From Vicugna vicugna (Eukaryota), in contig MU057936.1 of the NCBI GenBank assembly GCA_013265495.1, positions 1 through 64,000 on the forward strand: a stretch of 64,000 nucleotides of DNA, read 5' to 3'. The position numbers and the translations under genes were made by a program. A model generated the notes under the pieces. It saw nothing but the letters and a program-made list of their open reading frames with translations, was not told the origin of the DNA and did no database searches. Positions 38,846 to 51,790 of the stretch are shown piece by piece; positions within the stretch are counted from its first letter, which is position 1; each line of letters opens with the position of its first letter.

Positions 38846-40444
38846 GTTGCCATAAAATAAAAATCTTTATATAACCATCAACCCTGAACTACTATTTACT
38901 GGATAAAAACTATGTCCTGCTTTACTTTAAACAATACTTTTTCTAGTAGTAATAGTTATATTCTGGTATCATCCCTGTTATTTCTTTCTCCTTTGGAGAA
39001 CAGATTTTGAGTGGTTTCATGATAGTGAAAAATAAATGTCACTGAATCATGAAGATTCTTTAAATGAACTTTAAGCCTTGTTAAAACAGTTGAGTCATTT
39101 GTGTTTCCCTCCCACTGGGGCAATACAGTTTTCATTTAGTCAAATAATTTTCATGTTTCCTACCAGTTTCTGGATTGCTTAAACCTGAAGTAAACTTTAG
39201 AGCATTACCCTCTAAAGGTTTGAAAAATTGGATGTTTACCTTGAAATCCTTGAAAGGTGGATTTGTCATTGTCTTATATGATGGCTTTAATCCTTTTCTA
39301 CGTAATAGCACACCAAAAGTTTGGCAGGAGAAAATGAATGATGAAATAATCAGTAGAATGACCATCCCCATTATAGTAACTAAAACCTTGAACTTCCATT
39401 TTTTCTTCATTTCTGAATACAGGCTTTTTTCTCCCTCTACTTGTCTGCACTTACCCTGAAGTGCATTTTTGTCACAAAATGCACACTTATACCAATTATC
39501 TAAAACAATTACTGAAAATATGGTACTTCTCAGCATTTTCAAGAATATTCTATTGTACTGATTTGGGGACAACACTAGAAGGGACTCTTTAAGGATATAT
39601 GTGTATCTTTAACTCACTGTGACCAAGACAATGAATTTTCCAGTCTATGTCCATACAGTGGTCAGGGTTATGATGACAGTACCTGGCTAGTGCAATTCCC
39701 CTAAGGGTATATAAGCCTCGGGCTTTTAGTAATTTTTAAATAGTGTTAGGTCCTTAGCTCCCATGAGCTGTTCATTCCTTTAATGAATGCCTGTTGTGGA
39801 AAGACAGTAATGCCACCTTGGAAGTTTGAAGTTTGACTCTGCTCTGTTTAATATGCTGTATCTAGCTTAAGGACTGAAAATATGTATAAGCTTAATTTGG
39901 AAAAAACCCAGTATAGTCTTGGGGTTTTAAGAAACTTACTAGTTTAACACTGCATTGTGATATTTAGGTAGTAACACTGTATTTTGATATTTAGGTAGTT
40001 AAAGAGAAACTACAAATGAATCTGTGCAAAGAAAATTGGTCTCCTGCCTTGCCCAAGACTTATAATTAAAATTGAATTGGCATATTATGATACATGAAAA
40101 TAAAGGCATCCACAAGAAACTATGTGTATGCTTCTCTACTGGGCCAACACATATAGCAGCGATGGATTCCAAGAAGTTAAAGCCTCTACCATCCTCAACG
40201 AATAGATGAGTTCATTCCCCCGATCACCTGCATTCTCAATCTGTTTTCTGCCAAACAACTATGAGTATAAGTGAAAATCTAACTTGGCTGATGTTGGTCC
40301 AAGTTTGTGATTGTGATTGAGAGTCATGAATTTGCTTAGTATTAGCATGAATTTATGTAGTTTAAAACTTTGCCATCAGCTTCATCCTTTCATCACTCAA
40401 CCTAATACAAGAGTGTATAGTCTTGTCAGTAAGGCAGGAGGTGT

Positions 40445-42152
40445 ATATAAACAAAAAACCCAATCAAAAAAAATGGGCAGAAGTCCTAAATAGACATTTC
40501 TCCAAAGAAGACATCCAGATGGCCAACAAACCCATGAAAAGATGCTCGGCATTGATAATTATTAAAGAAATGTAAATCAAGACTTCAGTGGGGTATCACC
40601 TCACATCAGTCAGAATGGCCATCATTTTTTAAACATTTTTTTATAGAGTTACAGTGATTTTACAATGTTGTGTCAAATTCCAGTGTAGAGCACAATTTTT
40701 CAGTTATACATGAACATACATACATTCATTGTCACATTCTCTTTCACTGTGAGCCACCACAAGATCCTGTATATATTTCCCTGTGCTACACAGTACAATC
40801 TTGTTTATGTATTCTACAGTTTGAAATCCCAGTCTGTCCCTTCCCACCCCCCCGTCTCCCTGGCAAGCACAAGTTTGTATTCTATGTCTATGAGTCTGTT
40901 TCTGTTTTGTTTTGTTTTGTTTTTTTAGATTCCACATACGAGCGATCTCATATGGTACTTTTCTTTCTCTTTCTGGCTTACTTCACTTAGAATGACATTC
41001 TCCAAGAGCATCCATGTTGCTGCAAATAGCGTTATGTTGTTGGTTTTTATGGCTGAATGGTATTCCATTGTATAAATATACCACACCTTCTTTATCCAGT
41101 CATCCGTTGATGGACATTTAGGCTGTCTCCATGTCTTGGCTATTGTAAATAGTGCTGCTATGAACATTGGGGTGCAGGTGTCTTTTTGAACTAGGGCTCC
41201 TTCTGGATATATGCCCAGGAGTGGGATGACTGGGTCATGTGTTAAGTCTCTTCCTAGTCTTTTGAGGACTCTCCATACTGTTTTCCACAGTGGCTGCACC
41301 AAAGTGCATTCCCACCAGCAGTGTAGGAGGGTTCCCTTTTCTCCACAGCCTCTCCAGCATTTGTCATTTGTGGACTTTTGAATGATGGCCCACAAATAAT
41401 AAATGCTGAAGAGTGTGTGGAGAAAAAGAAGCCCTCCTATACTATTGGTGGGAATGTAGTTTGATGCAGCCACTATGGAGGACAATATGGAGGTTCCTTA
41501 AAAAACTAAAAATAGACTTACCCTGTGATCCAGCAATCCCTCTCCTGGGCATATATCCAGAGAAAACTATAATTTGAAAAGACACATGCACCCCAGTGTT
41601 CATAGCAGCACTATTTACAGCAGCCAAGACATGGAAACAAGCTAAATGTCCATCAACAGATGACTGGATGAAGAGGCTATGGTACATTTATACAGTGGAG
41701 TACTAGTCAGCCATAAAAAAGAATAAAATAATGCCCTTTGCAGCAACATGGGTGGACGTGGAGATTGTCTTTCTAAGTGAAGTAAGCCAGAAAGAGAAAG
41801 AAAAATACCATATGATATCACTCATGTGGAATCTAAAAAAAACTTAACAAATTCTATTTACAAACCAAAAAGACTCACAGACATAGAAAATAAAGTATGG
41901 TTACCAAAGGGAAAAAGGCAGGGAGGCATAAATTTGGGGTTGGGGGTTAACAGGCACATATTACTATATATAAAATAGATAAACAAGAAAGACTTACTGT
42001 ATAGCACAGGGAACTATATTCAATTTCTTATAATAACATGTAATGGAAAAGAATCTGAAGAGAAAAAAATATATGTGTGTATATGTATAACTGAACCACT
42101 TTTCTGTACACCTGAAACATTGTAAATCAACTGCACTTCAATTAAAAAAAAA
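40445..42152 (+). mobile_element. 5'-truncated L1 (ORF2 end and 3' UTR), split by an antisense L1
   Basis: aaaatgggcagaagtcctaaatagacatttctccaaagaagac..cagaatggccatcatt | ccacaaataataaatgctg.. to caattaaaaaaaaa. Confidence 0.9.
40627..41390 (-). mobile_element. Young 5'-truncated L1 without TSD
   Basis: T tract then caatgttgtgtcaaattccagtgtagag 3' UTR; open ORF2 C-terminus [24 protein letters not shown]. Confidence 0.92.
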
Positions 42153-43116
42153 GAATTTTAGCAGGACAAAAACATTCAGTCCATAAAAAGTTTATGAAAA
42201 CAACAAAAAGAAGATGTTGGACAGAGAGGAAATGACCGCTTAGACAATGTCATGCAAGCAGTTTGGAAGCATGGAATCAGCAGCTCCAGTAGATCTGACA
42301 GGAACGTGGGAATTCTCTTTTATAAAGAGGAAGAACTAGAATTCACAGAGGCATTTATGGGCAATGAGGAGGGAAGGTAATTAGCAAGAGGATTTTCTAA
42401 TTACATGGTCTTACTCTTTCAACTGGTTTGTAAATGTATTCATTTATCAAGAGTAAGAGATGCTGTGATTAAATTATACCCTGAGGTGTGCTTGAAGAGT
42501 TTGAGATAGTTTCTATGGTCATAATAGTAGAAGTTCAATGAGAAGTGTATTTTATTGTCAAGGAGCAGTGAAGGAGTACTTGGGGTTAGAAAACACTAAT
42601 TTGTAGTGGATTTTTAAAGCAAATGATCATAATTTTCTTCAGATCAATTCTTGACAGCAAAAGCTTGGTAGTTGGCATAGCAGACCTGGTGGTTCAGAGC
42701 ATAAAAGTTTCCATGTGAGAAAGAAAATAAGAACCCTGAGAGATGATAGCTATTAGTCAAGTTCTTTCTAGCTAAGATATTATGTTCCTCTGCTAAAGAT
42801 AAAAATCACAGAATATCATCATCAGATAAGGATTCTCTGTGACTGTGATTGAAGAAGACAAGAACAAACCCACTCTATAATCATACAGTCACAAAAATAA
42901 CCAAACATCCCCCCTTTTCAGCTAATAAGTAATTGCTGCCTCTTCCCCAATGACAACCTTAGCCCCACTCCTTTCTTCTGCCACATAGAACATTAACAGT
43001 GACCCAGTTTACAAGTTATTCCTGCTTTATGACAATGTGAACAGAAGACATTCACTTTCTTGGAGCCTTCCTAAAATCAATTAGTGTAAACCCAAATCTT
43101 AAAATAACCCAATGCC

Positions 43117-43164
<48 letters not shown>
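43117..43164. repeat. (TCTA)12 microsatellite
   Basis: Perfect tetranucleotide run. Confidence 0.97.
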
Positions 43165-43165
<1 letters not shown>

Positions 43166-43590
43166 TTATGGAATATTACTCAGCCATTAAAAAGAACCAA
43201 ATATTACCATTTCCAGCAATATGGATGGACCTAGAGATTACCGTTTGAAGTAAACTAAGTCAGACAAGGAAAGACAAATATCACTTATATGTAGAATGTA
43301 AGAGAATAATACCAATTAACTAATTTACAAGGCAGAAGCAGACTCACAGACATAGAAAACAAACTTACGGTGACCAAAGGGGAAGGAGGAGAGAGAGGGA
43401 TAAATTAGGGGGGTTGGGATTAGCAGATACAAGCTACTATATATAAAATAAACAAACAAGAAGGACCAAACTGTCTTGCACAGAGAACTGTATTCAATAT
43501 CTTGTAATAACCCGTGGTAGAAAAGAATGAAGCTATACATCTGAAACTAACATAGTATTGTAAATCAACTGTAGTTAAATTGTTTTTAAA
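43165..43590 (+). mobile_element. L1 3' fragment
   Basis: atggaatattactcagccattaaaaag...gactcacagacatagaaaacaaacttacggtgaccaaagggg. Confidence 0.88.
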
Positions 43591-43888
43591 AAGTACCTCC
43601 TTCCTTTAACTTGCAGCCGCAAGCTGGAAAATTGGTGACTGCTTTCTTCTTTCCCTCTCTTCTTTCTCTTCCTCCTCTTTCCATCATTTCTTAGCCAGAA
43701 AGGGCAGTATTTCCCTAAACTTAATCTGTGCTCTGTTTTCCTTGTACCATTGAGAGCAAGCTTAAGAGCCTAAAGTCATACATGAGTGGGATAAGGAATA
43801 ACTAACTATAAATTGGCTTCATATGACTGATGCTTCATAGCCTAAAGATTTGGAAAATACTTTTTAAAAATAGTACCAGTCTTGTAAG

Positions 43889-43905
43889 GCTGCCACCTAG
43901 TGTCA
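43889..43905 (-). promoter_or_regulatory. Candidate CTCF site
   Basis: Minus strand TGACACTAGGTGGCAGC versus core consensus CCASYAGRKGGCRS; lies in non-repeat DNA. Confidence 0.45.
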
Positions 43906-44859
43906 TAATCCAATTTAGAAAATTAATGAATATTACCTAGGCATTCCATAATCAGTTGCAGTCACACCTCAGACAGATGGAGGCCTAGGAGAAATTAAGT
44001 TAATCATAGTTTACAGAAGAAGCTATAAAAATACTAACTTGTTAGTTCAGGGAAAACAGATTGATAAAGAAATTGTGATAATGGTGTCAATTTGTGATTG
44101 CAGTACATAACCAGGGAGACACTGGGGTTTCTGACCTTGTGTATCTTAACATGTTCTATTGGATCTGAGTGTTTGGACTAGGGGTGGGGGTTGTCTGATT
44201 TTTTTCATTGCTAGAAGGACATTTGACTGTTAACTCAGAGAGACAGCCCTGTACAAAGGCTTTCCATTCCTGGAGACTTGATTTGTCTTACTCAAAGAAC
44301 ACAGAAGGTGATAATATATGTTTTATATGTATATTTTTGGTGTTATTAAAAATTCCTAGTCTATGGTCATCCTAATGAATAATTCTGTTTTTACAGTCAA
44401 CGGTCTGATTCACTTGCTCTGTAATTCTCTGTTGTAACTATTTTAGAACTATGAGGGAAATTACCAGGTATAAGATGTGAACATTTTCCTAATTAGAGCA
44501 GAGAACTGAAAATTTTAATAAGCCTATTTAAAATGCTCTAGGGTCTTTAATAAAAATGCTAGCATAACACGAAGTATACTGTTAAACTATTTACACACTA
44601 AATATCCCCTAGTGTTGTACAAATGTTACCAGAAACTGGTTTATATTCCATATTATTAAAATCTCGTTTTCCCCACTTCATAAATTATTTCAAAGGCAAT
44701 TTTCACCAACAAATGACTGTAAAGTGCTAGTATTTTTTTTTTTTACTTTTTAAATATATCTGAAAGTTTAACAAAGTAGGAAATTCTTCCTCTTGGAAAT
44801 TACATATAGCTGTGCTAGGCAAATGAATTTGAGTTATCTTTCAAATTGAATGTATTAAT

Positions 44860-46183
44860 TTTTCTAGTTTTATTGAGATATAATTGACAAATAAAATATG
44901 TTTAAGGTACACAACTTAATGTTTTGATATGCATACATAGTGAAATAATCACTACAATCAAGCTAATTAATATATCTATTCCCTCTTGTAATTACCATTT
45001 CCTTGTGTTTTTTGGTAAGAACACTGATGCAGATCTATCTATTTAGTAAATTTCAAGTGGATGATACAATGTTGCCTGTAGTCACATCACTGTAAGTTAG
45101 AACTCCGTAACTTGGTCATCTTGCATAACTGAAGATTTGTACACTTTGACCATCACTTCTCCATTTCTTTCTCCAACCCCTGGCAACCATCATTCTACCC
45201 TTTTTCTGGAAAACTGTTATGTTTCATTCTAATAGGTATGAGGTGATACTGAAGGTTTTGATTTGCCTTTCCCTGATGATCAGTAAAACTGAGCACTTTT
45301 TCATATACCTGTTGGTCATTTGTATGTCATCTTTTGAGGATTATCTATTCAGGTCCTTTACTAACAGGGTTATTTGGTGCTTTCTTTTTGCTGTTGAGTT
45401 ACTTATATGTTTTGGATCTTAACCCATTATCTGCTATATAGTCTGCTAATATTTTTTCCCATTCTGGACGTTACCTTTTCATTTGATTGTGTCTATGGCT
45501 GTGTAGAAGCTTTTTTAGTTCAATATAATTTGACTTGTCTAGTTTCTTGCTTTTGCCTGTGCTTTTGGTGTCATATTCAAAAAGTCATTGCCCATACCAA
45601 TCATTGTCAAGAAACTTTCCCTCTATGTTTTCTTCTAGTAGTATTATGGTTTTAGTTCTCCTGTTTAATTCTTTAATCCATTTAAAATTGATTTTTGTAT
45701 GTGATGTGAGTTCAGGGTCCACTTTCATTCTCCTGTGTGTGAATATCTAGTTTTGCTAACAGTTTATTGAAAAGACTGTCTTTTCCCCATTTTGTGTTCA
45801 TGGCACCCTTCTCAAAGATCAGTTGACCATAGATGCATGGATTTATTTCTGGACTCTTTATTGTGTATTGGTCTACGTTTCTGTCTTTATGCCAGTACCA
45901 TATAGCTTTGTAATATATTTTGAAATCAAGGAGTATGATGTCTCCAACTTTGTTCTTCTTGCTCAAGACTGTTTTGGCTCTTTGAATTCTTTTGTCATTT
46001 CACATGAGTTTTACGATTGTCTTTTCTATTTCTGTTAAGAATGCCACTGGGATTTTGGTAGAGATTGCATTGAATCTTAGATCACTTTGGGTGATATGAA
46101 GGTTTAACAATTATTAATTCTTCAATCTTTGAACATGAGATGTCTTTCCACTTGTCTGTGTTTTTAATTTTCTTTATCAATGT
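44860..46183 (-). mobile_element. L1MA-like fragment with internal deletion near 45200
   Basis: 3' UTR ttttattgagatataattgacaaat..; ORF2 remnants [25 protein letters not shown]. Confidence 0.88.
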
Positions 46184-47287
46184 TAACTAAAGCAAATTAA
46201 ATCGCATGAAGCTAATTATACCAGGTGGGATGTCACTGATTTAAAACTTGTAGTTTAATGGTTAAAGAAACCCTTGTTTCAAATAACACATTAGATTAGG
46301 TTCACAAATAGGATAATCACCCTGTGTTGGTTTAATGATCAGTTTTCATTCAGAAATGACTTATTTATACATACAAGTCATAGAGTAGTATGTTTTCATT
46401 CAACTTATTTACATGCAAATGGACACAAACCACAAAATATTCACTATGTTCTATCATAAATATCCACGTAATTAAAAATACTGCAAGTATTACCACTTAC
46501 ATAATTCTTATTACTTCTCTAATTGTAGGAATATTTAGGGTCTTGCATTAACAATAACAAGTTTGCATTACTGAAACTTTTCAAAGTTTTACGTTTCACA
46601 GAGCAGACAATTCTATTTCAGACAGTAATTTCTTGGAAGCCTGGTCATAAAGGGATGGTAGTTAGAAAAGTCAATCTGTTGACTCTCCAGTCATCTCACA
46701 TGCCTATAGTGGTACTCAAACCTTTTCATCCTTGGAACCATACTATGAATCAGTTGATCTTTGACCAGAACCTACTCAACCAGACAAATTGATAATTGAA
46801 TCGAATTTCAGGTCAACTTAGTTCACTTAGCGTAGATATACATGGTCTTCAGTGAGTCATCTTGCCTTTGTGCATTAGTCAAGAGTAGCACCTCATGGAC
46901 TAAAAGCAAGAGAATAATGACAAACTTTCGGAAATCTGAATTGATTGCAGAAACCAACATATCCAGAGAGTCTTTTAGCCCTACCAGAGCCCTACCATCA
47001 GCAACACAGAGTGAAAGCTCTTGTTAGTCTGGACACAGCCCTTTGTCCCCTGAAGCACAAGAAAGTCAAAATAGAATCCAGCAATGTTGTCTTAGGACAA
47101 GGCACAATGACAACAGGGAGTTGTAGGTCATTATGGTGTATGCTGTGTGATGATGCAGTTACGAACGTCATAGACTCTTAAGATGCACGTAGGAAGCCTA
47201 GTAAAGAATGTAGGAACCCTTAGCAAGAGAATGATAGTCATCCTAAACTGGTGCTAATAAGTCTTAATATCCCAGAGGCTAGAGGAG

Positions 47288-47780
47288 TGTGTGGTTTTAA
47301 AACATGTCTGAAAATTATTTTATACTCTTCCCACCAAGAGGTGAAGTCTGATTTCCCACCTCACCCCCTTTTAAATATGGGCTGGCCTTAGTTGGCAATG
47401 TCTGATAAAGAGAATACAGCTGAAGTGATGGTGTGTAAGTACTCAGGCTGCTTTAGAAAAGGCAATACAGCTTCTGGCTGGCTCTCTTAGAACTCTTGCC
47501 TTTGGGACAAAGCTGCTACGATGTATAGAAGTCGAATCCACAGAGAAGCCATGTGTAGTTGTTTCTGTTGCTAGCCCAGCTGAGGTCCCAACCAACAACC
47601 AACATCAGCCACCAGGCATGTGAAGAAAAAAGGCTCTAAGGTGATTCCAGCTCCAGCCACTGTTAGAGTGCAGTGTTGAGAGACTCCAAGTGAAATCCAC
47701 CACTCTGAGCTCAGTCAACCCTTAGAACTGTAAAGAAATCATGCTTAAAAATTAATTATTGTTATTTACCCTGCTAACTG
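47288..47780 (+). mobile_element. MaLR LTR (MLT1F/G/H-like)
   Basis: actcttcccaccaagaggtgaagtct...gaagtgatggtgtg...cccagctgaggtccc...ctcagtcaaccc. Confidence 0.65.
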
Positions 47781-48747
47781 GGAATCAGATTGCTAATCAG
47801 GAAGAGATTTGAAACAATGAAATGTTCCTCAGATAGGAGGCCTTAGAGCTGATTTGTGAAAACATTCCTGCTGAGGTTAGCATGTTTCCATATTAGCCAA
47901 GGATTAAGACAAATCTCATGTCTCTTAACAGAGACGTTGGAATGTACTTCGTATAAAAGAATGTGAAATTGAAAATAATGGCCACCTGCTTTGTGTATTG
48001 TTTCCATAAAACGAAGGGAAGTAGTTTGTTGAAATTTAAGAAATGAGGAGTTGAAGAGTAAGAATTGTCATATTTTGCGAGAGTGTAACTTCACCATTTC
48101 CTGTGAATGTTCTAGGCACTTTGACAGGTAAAGTCTTCCAGTATAGATAGGGTATGTGCATGCATAATACTATTACAGAACTAGCCACTGAATCATGTTT
48201 TGTTTATTACTTTGTATGTTTATACAATATGCTGTAAAAAAGAATTAGAGGAAGCTTAAAAAGAGTATGTAAGATTGGAAAATATATGATAAATTTCTTA
48301 AAATTGTGGCAGTATGAAACACAATACTTGGCCCTGTCATTCAGCTGTCCCCTACTTCTAAATAGGGTAGATCCTCCATTGCCATAATCCTGTGCATTTC
48401 CTTTGTAGCTCCTGTCATTGGTGTAATTGAATGATGATTGATACAATTATTTGCCATGTCTGCTAGATTTTAACTTCCATGAGCACCTGGGCCATGAAAT
48501 AAGGGTGTCTTCATTATGGTAACCTGATGCAGTGCTTCACAAAGAGCAGCTGCTAAAAACATTATTTTTGAATGAATGAATTCATCTCTACTGTTACAAA
48601 CAGGCTGAAAAGGAACTAGTACCAGGCCTGAGAAGTGTCTGGTGAATTTACACACTAGTAACTCTTTAAAGTCATATGATCTCACATAAATTGCTTCTCA
48701 TTGTAAAGCAGCTACCTAGAAGAATAGCTATAGTTAATAGTGTGTAC

Positions 48748-49177
48748 TAGCACTGTCCAATAGAACTAGAATATGAACCAGATGGAATTTTAAATTCTCT
48801 AGTAGTTCATTTAAAAAGGCAAAAAATTGGGGGAGGGTATAGCTCAAGTAGTAGAGTACATGCTAAGCATGCATGGGGTCCTGGGTTCAATCCCCAGTAC
48901 CTCCTCCAAAAATAAATAAATAAACCAAATATCTCCCCCTCTAAAAATTTTTTTAAGGTGAAATTAATTTTAATAATAGTTTATTTAATCCAGTATATCC
49001 AAAATATTAGTATTTCAGAGCTAATCAATTTAAAATTATGTATGAGATATTTTTGCATTCTTTCATTTCTATACTAAATCTTCAAATTTCATTGTGTGAT
49101 TTATACATACAGAAGATCTCAACTTAAACTGGCCATCATTCAGGTTTTCAATACCCACACTTTTTTGGACAGTGCAA
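48748..49177. mobile_element. MER33-like hAT DNA transposon, interrupted by a SINE
   Basis: Terminal inverted repeats gcactgtccaa / ttggacagtgc; internal ggtgaaattaattttaataata. Confidence 0.8.
48829..48942 (+). mobile_element. tRNA-derived SINE, Vic-1-like (camelid)
   Basis: ggggagggtatagctcaagtagtagag (A box), ggttcaatccc (B box), (TAAA) tail, TSD aaaaatt at 48822-48828 and 48943-48949. Confidence 0.85.
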
Positions 49178-49375
49178 GCCTATATTCTCTTCAAGTTGAG
49201 TGGGAAAATAGAAGGCATGGACAAATGAACACATTTTCATAGTCTAGATGGCAGATCAATTATCATTTAAAAGTGATATTTCAAAACTGATTATCAAAGG
49301 AGAAAATTGAGATATGGAAGGGAACATTTTAGTAACAATAATCAAACAAAAGCAATCACTGAGGGCTAGAATGTG

Positions 49376-51790
49376 TTTTTTTATTGAGGTATACTTGACA
49401 TAGCATTATATTAGTTTCAGGTGTACATGTAATGATTTGATACTTGTATATATTGGGACACGATCAGTGCAATTAGTCTAGTTAGTATCTGTCACCATAC
49501 ATAATTACAAATATTTTTCTTGTAATAGGAACTTTTAAGATCCATTCTCTTAGCAACTTGTAAGTGTACAGTATAGTATTATTAACTGTAGTCACCATGC
49601 TGTACATTACATCCCCAAGGCTTACTTATTTTATAACTGGAAATTTGTACCTTTTGAATCTTTTCTTTTTTTTTTTCTTTTAAGTCTTTTCACCCAGTTC
49701 ACCAACTCCCCACCCGCTGCGTATCTATGAGCTTGTGGATTTTATTTTTTGATTGTGGGGATTCCACATACTGAGGTTGTACCATATTTGTCTTTCTTTG
49801 TGTGATTTATTTCACTTAGCTTGATGCCCTTAAGGTCCACCCATATTGTCATGAATGAAAAGATTTTTTTCTTTTTTATAGCAGAATAATATTACTATAT
49901 ATATATATATATACACACACATATACACACACACACACATACATACACATATATATGTAATATATATATATATATGTACATTTTCTTTATCCATTCATCT
50001 ATTGGTGGACGTTTAGGCTGTTTCTATATCTTGGCTACTATAAATAATGCTGCAATAAACATGGAGGTGAGATAACTTTTCAAATCAGTGTTTTCATTTT
50101 CTTTTGATAAATACCCAGAAGTGGAATTGCTGGATCGTATAGTTCTATTTTTAGTTTTTAGAGGATCCTGCATACTGTTTTCTATAGTGATTGCTCCAAC
50201 TTACATTCCCATTGATGGTGCACAAGTGTTCCCTTTTCTCCACATCCTTGTTAACCTTTGTTATTTCTTGTCTTTTTGATAATAGGCATTCTAACAGGTA
50301 TAAGGTAATACCTGATTGTGGTTTTGATTTGCATTTCTCTGATGATTAGTGGTGTTGAACATCTTTTCATGTGCCTGTTGGTCATTTGGATGTCTTCTTT
50401 GGAAAAATGTCCGTTCAGTTCCTCTGCCATCTTTAAATCAGACTGTGTTTTTGCTATTGACCTGTCTGAGTTCTCTCTATATTTTGGATTTTAGTCCTTT
50501 ATCAGATAAGTGATTTGCAAATATTTTTTTCTCATTCTGTAGGTTGCCTTTCATTTTGTTGATGTTTTAATTTGCTTTGTAGAACTTTTTAGTTTGATGT
50601 AGTCCCACTTGTTTACTTTTATTTTGTTGCCTTTGCTTTTGGTGTCAAATCTGAAAGATTATTGCCAAGACTTATGTCAAAGAGTTTATCACCTATCTTT
50701 TCTTGTAGGAGTTTTATGGGTTTAGCTCTTACATTCAAGTCTTTAATCCACTTTGAGTTAATTTTTGTGTTTACTGTGAGATAGTGGTCCAGTTTTATTC
50801 TTTTCCATATGGTTGTCTAGTTTTCCCAGCAGCACTAATTGAAGACTGTTTTTCCCCCATTGTATATTCTTCGTAACTTTGTTGTAAATTAATTGACTAT
50901 GTATGCATGGGTTTAAAATCTAGGTTCTCAAAATAAATAAATAAATAAATAAATACATAAATACATACATACATAAATAAATAAATAAATAAAATCTAGG
51001 TTCAGTGTTCTGTTGCAATGATCTTTGTGTCTAGTATTATGCCAGTGCCATACTGTTTTTGATTACTATGGCTGTATATATAGTTTGAAGTTAGGGAGCC
51101 TGATGCCTCCACCTTTGTTCTTCTTTCTCAAGGTTGCTTTGACCATTTGTGGACTTCTGTGGTTCCATACAAATTTTAGAATTGTTTTTTCTATTTCTGT
51201 GCAAAATGTCCTTGGAAATTTGATAGGAGTTGCACTGAATCTATAGATTGCTTTGGGTAGTATGGACATTTTAACAGTACTAATTCTAAAATTTATTAGG
51301 AATTATTTTGTGGCTTAACATGTTATCTGTCCTGGAGAATGTTCCATTTGTAATTCAGAAAAAAGGGTATGCTGTTGCTTTTGGATGGGATGTTCTGTAT
51401 ATGTCTGTTAAATCACCCTGGTTTAATGTGTTGTTTAAGTCCTATGTTTCTTTAATGACTTTCTGTTTGGATGATCTGTCCATTGATGAAAGTGGGATAT
51501 TAAAGTCCTCTACTATTATTGTGTTACTGGCTATTTCTCCCTTTAGGTCTGTTAATATTTGCTTTACATATTTAGGTGTTCCTTTGTTACATTTATGAGT
51601 TTCTGAGTCTCCTGCCTCTTGTTGTGTCCTGGAGGTGGTAGCTGTTCAAGAACTCTTTCTGTTGATACAGTCCACTGGGATCCATGAGCATAGAACCCTC
51701 TAATCACCAGAGTCAGGCAATATAGAGGTGTCCCCTGGCAACAGCCGCAAAAACCAGGGCACCAGACATAAAGCTGGAGTACCAGATCAC
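49376..51790 (-). mobile_element. L1 with large internal deletions: 3' UTR and ORF2 end to ~51290, EN fragment ~51305-51590, 5' UTR-like piece beyond
   Basis: [28 protein letters not shown]2 remnant, then an abrupt jump to EN-region sequence; (TA/CA)n at 49896-49976. Confidence 0.85.
50928..50990 (+). repeat. (TAAA/TACA)n tract flanked by a 13-bp TSD
   Basis: aaaatctaggttc at 50915-50927 and 50991-51003. Confidence 0.9.

Noticed and set aside
42780..43110. Possible ERV LTR fragment
   Set aside because: LTR-like composition, but no termini or TSD that I can verify.
48829..48905. tRNA gene
   Set aside because: It has A and B boxes, but also a TAAA tail, a TSD and a position inside a MER element, so it is a SINE.
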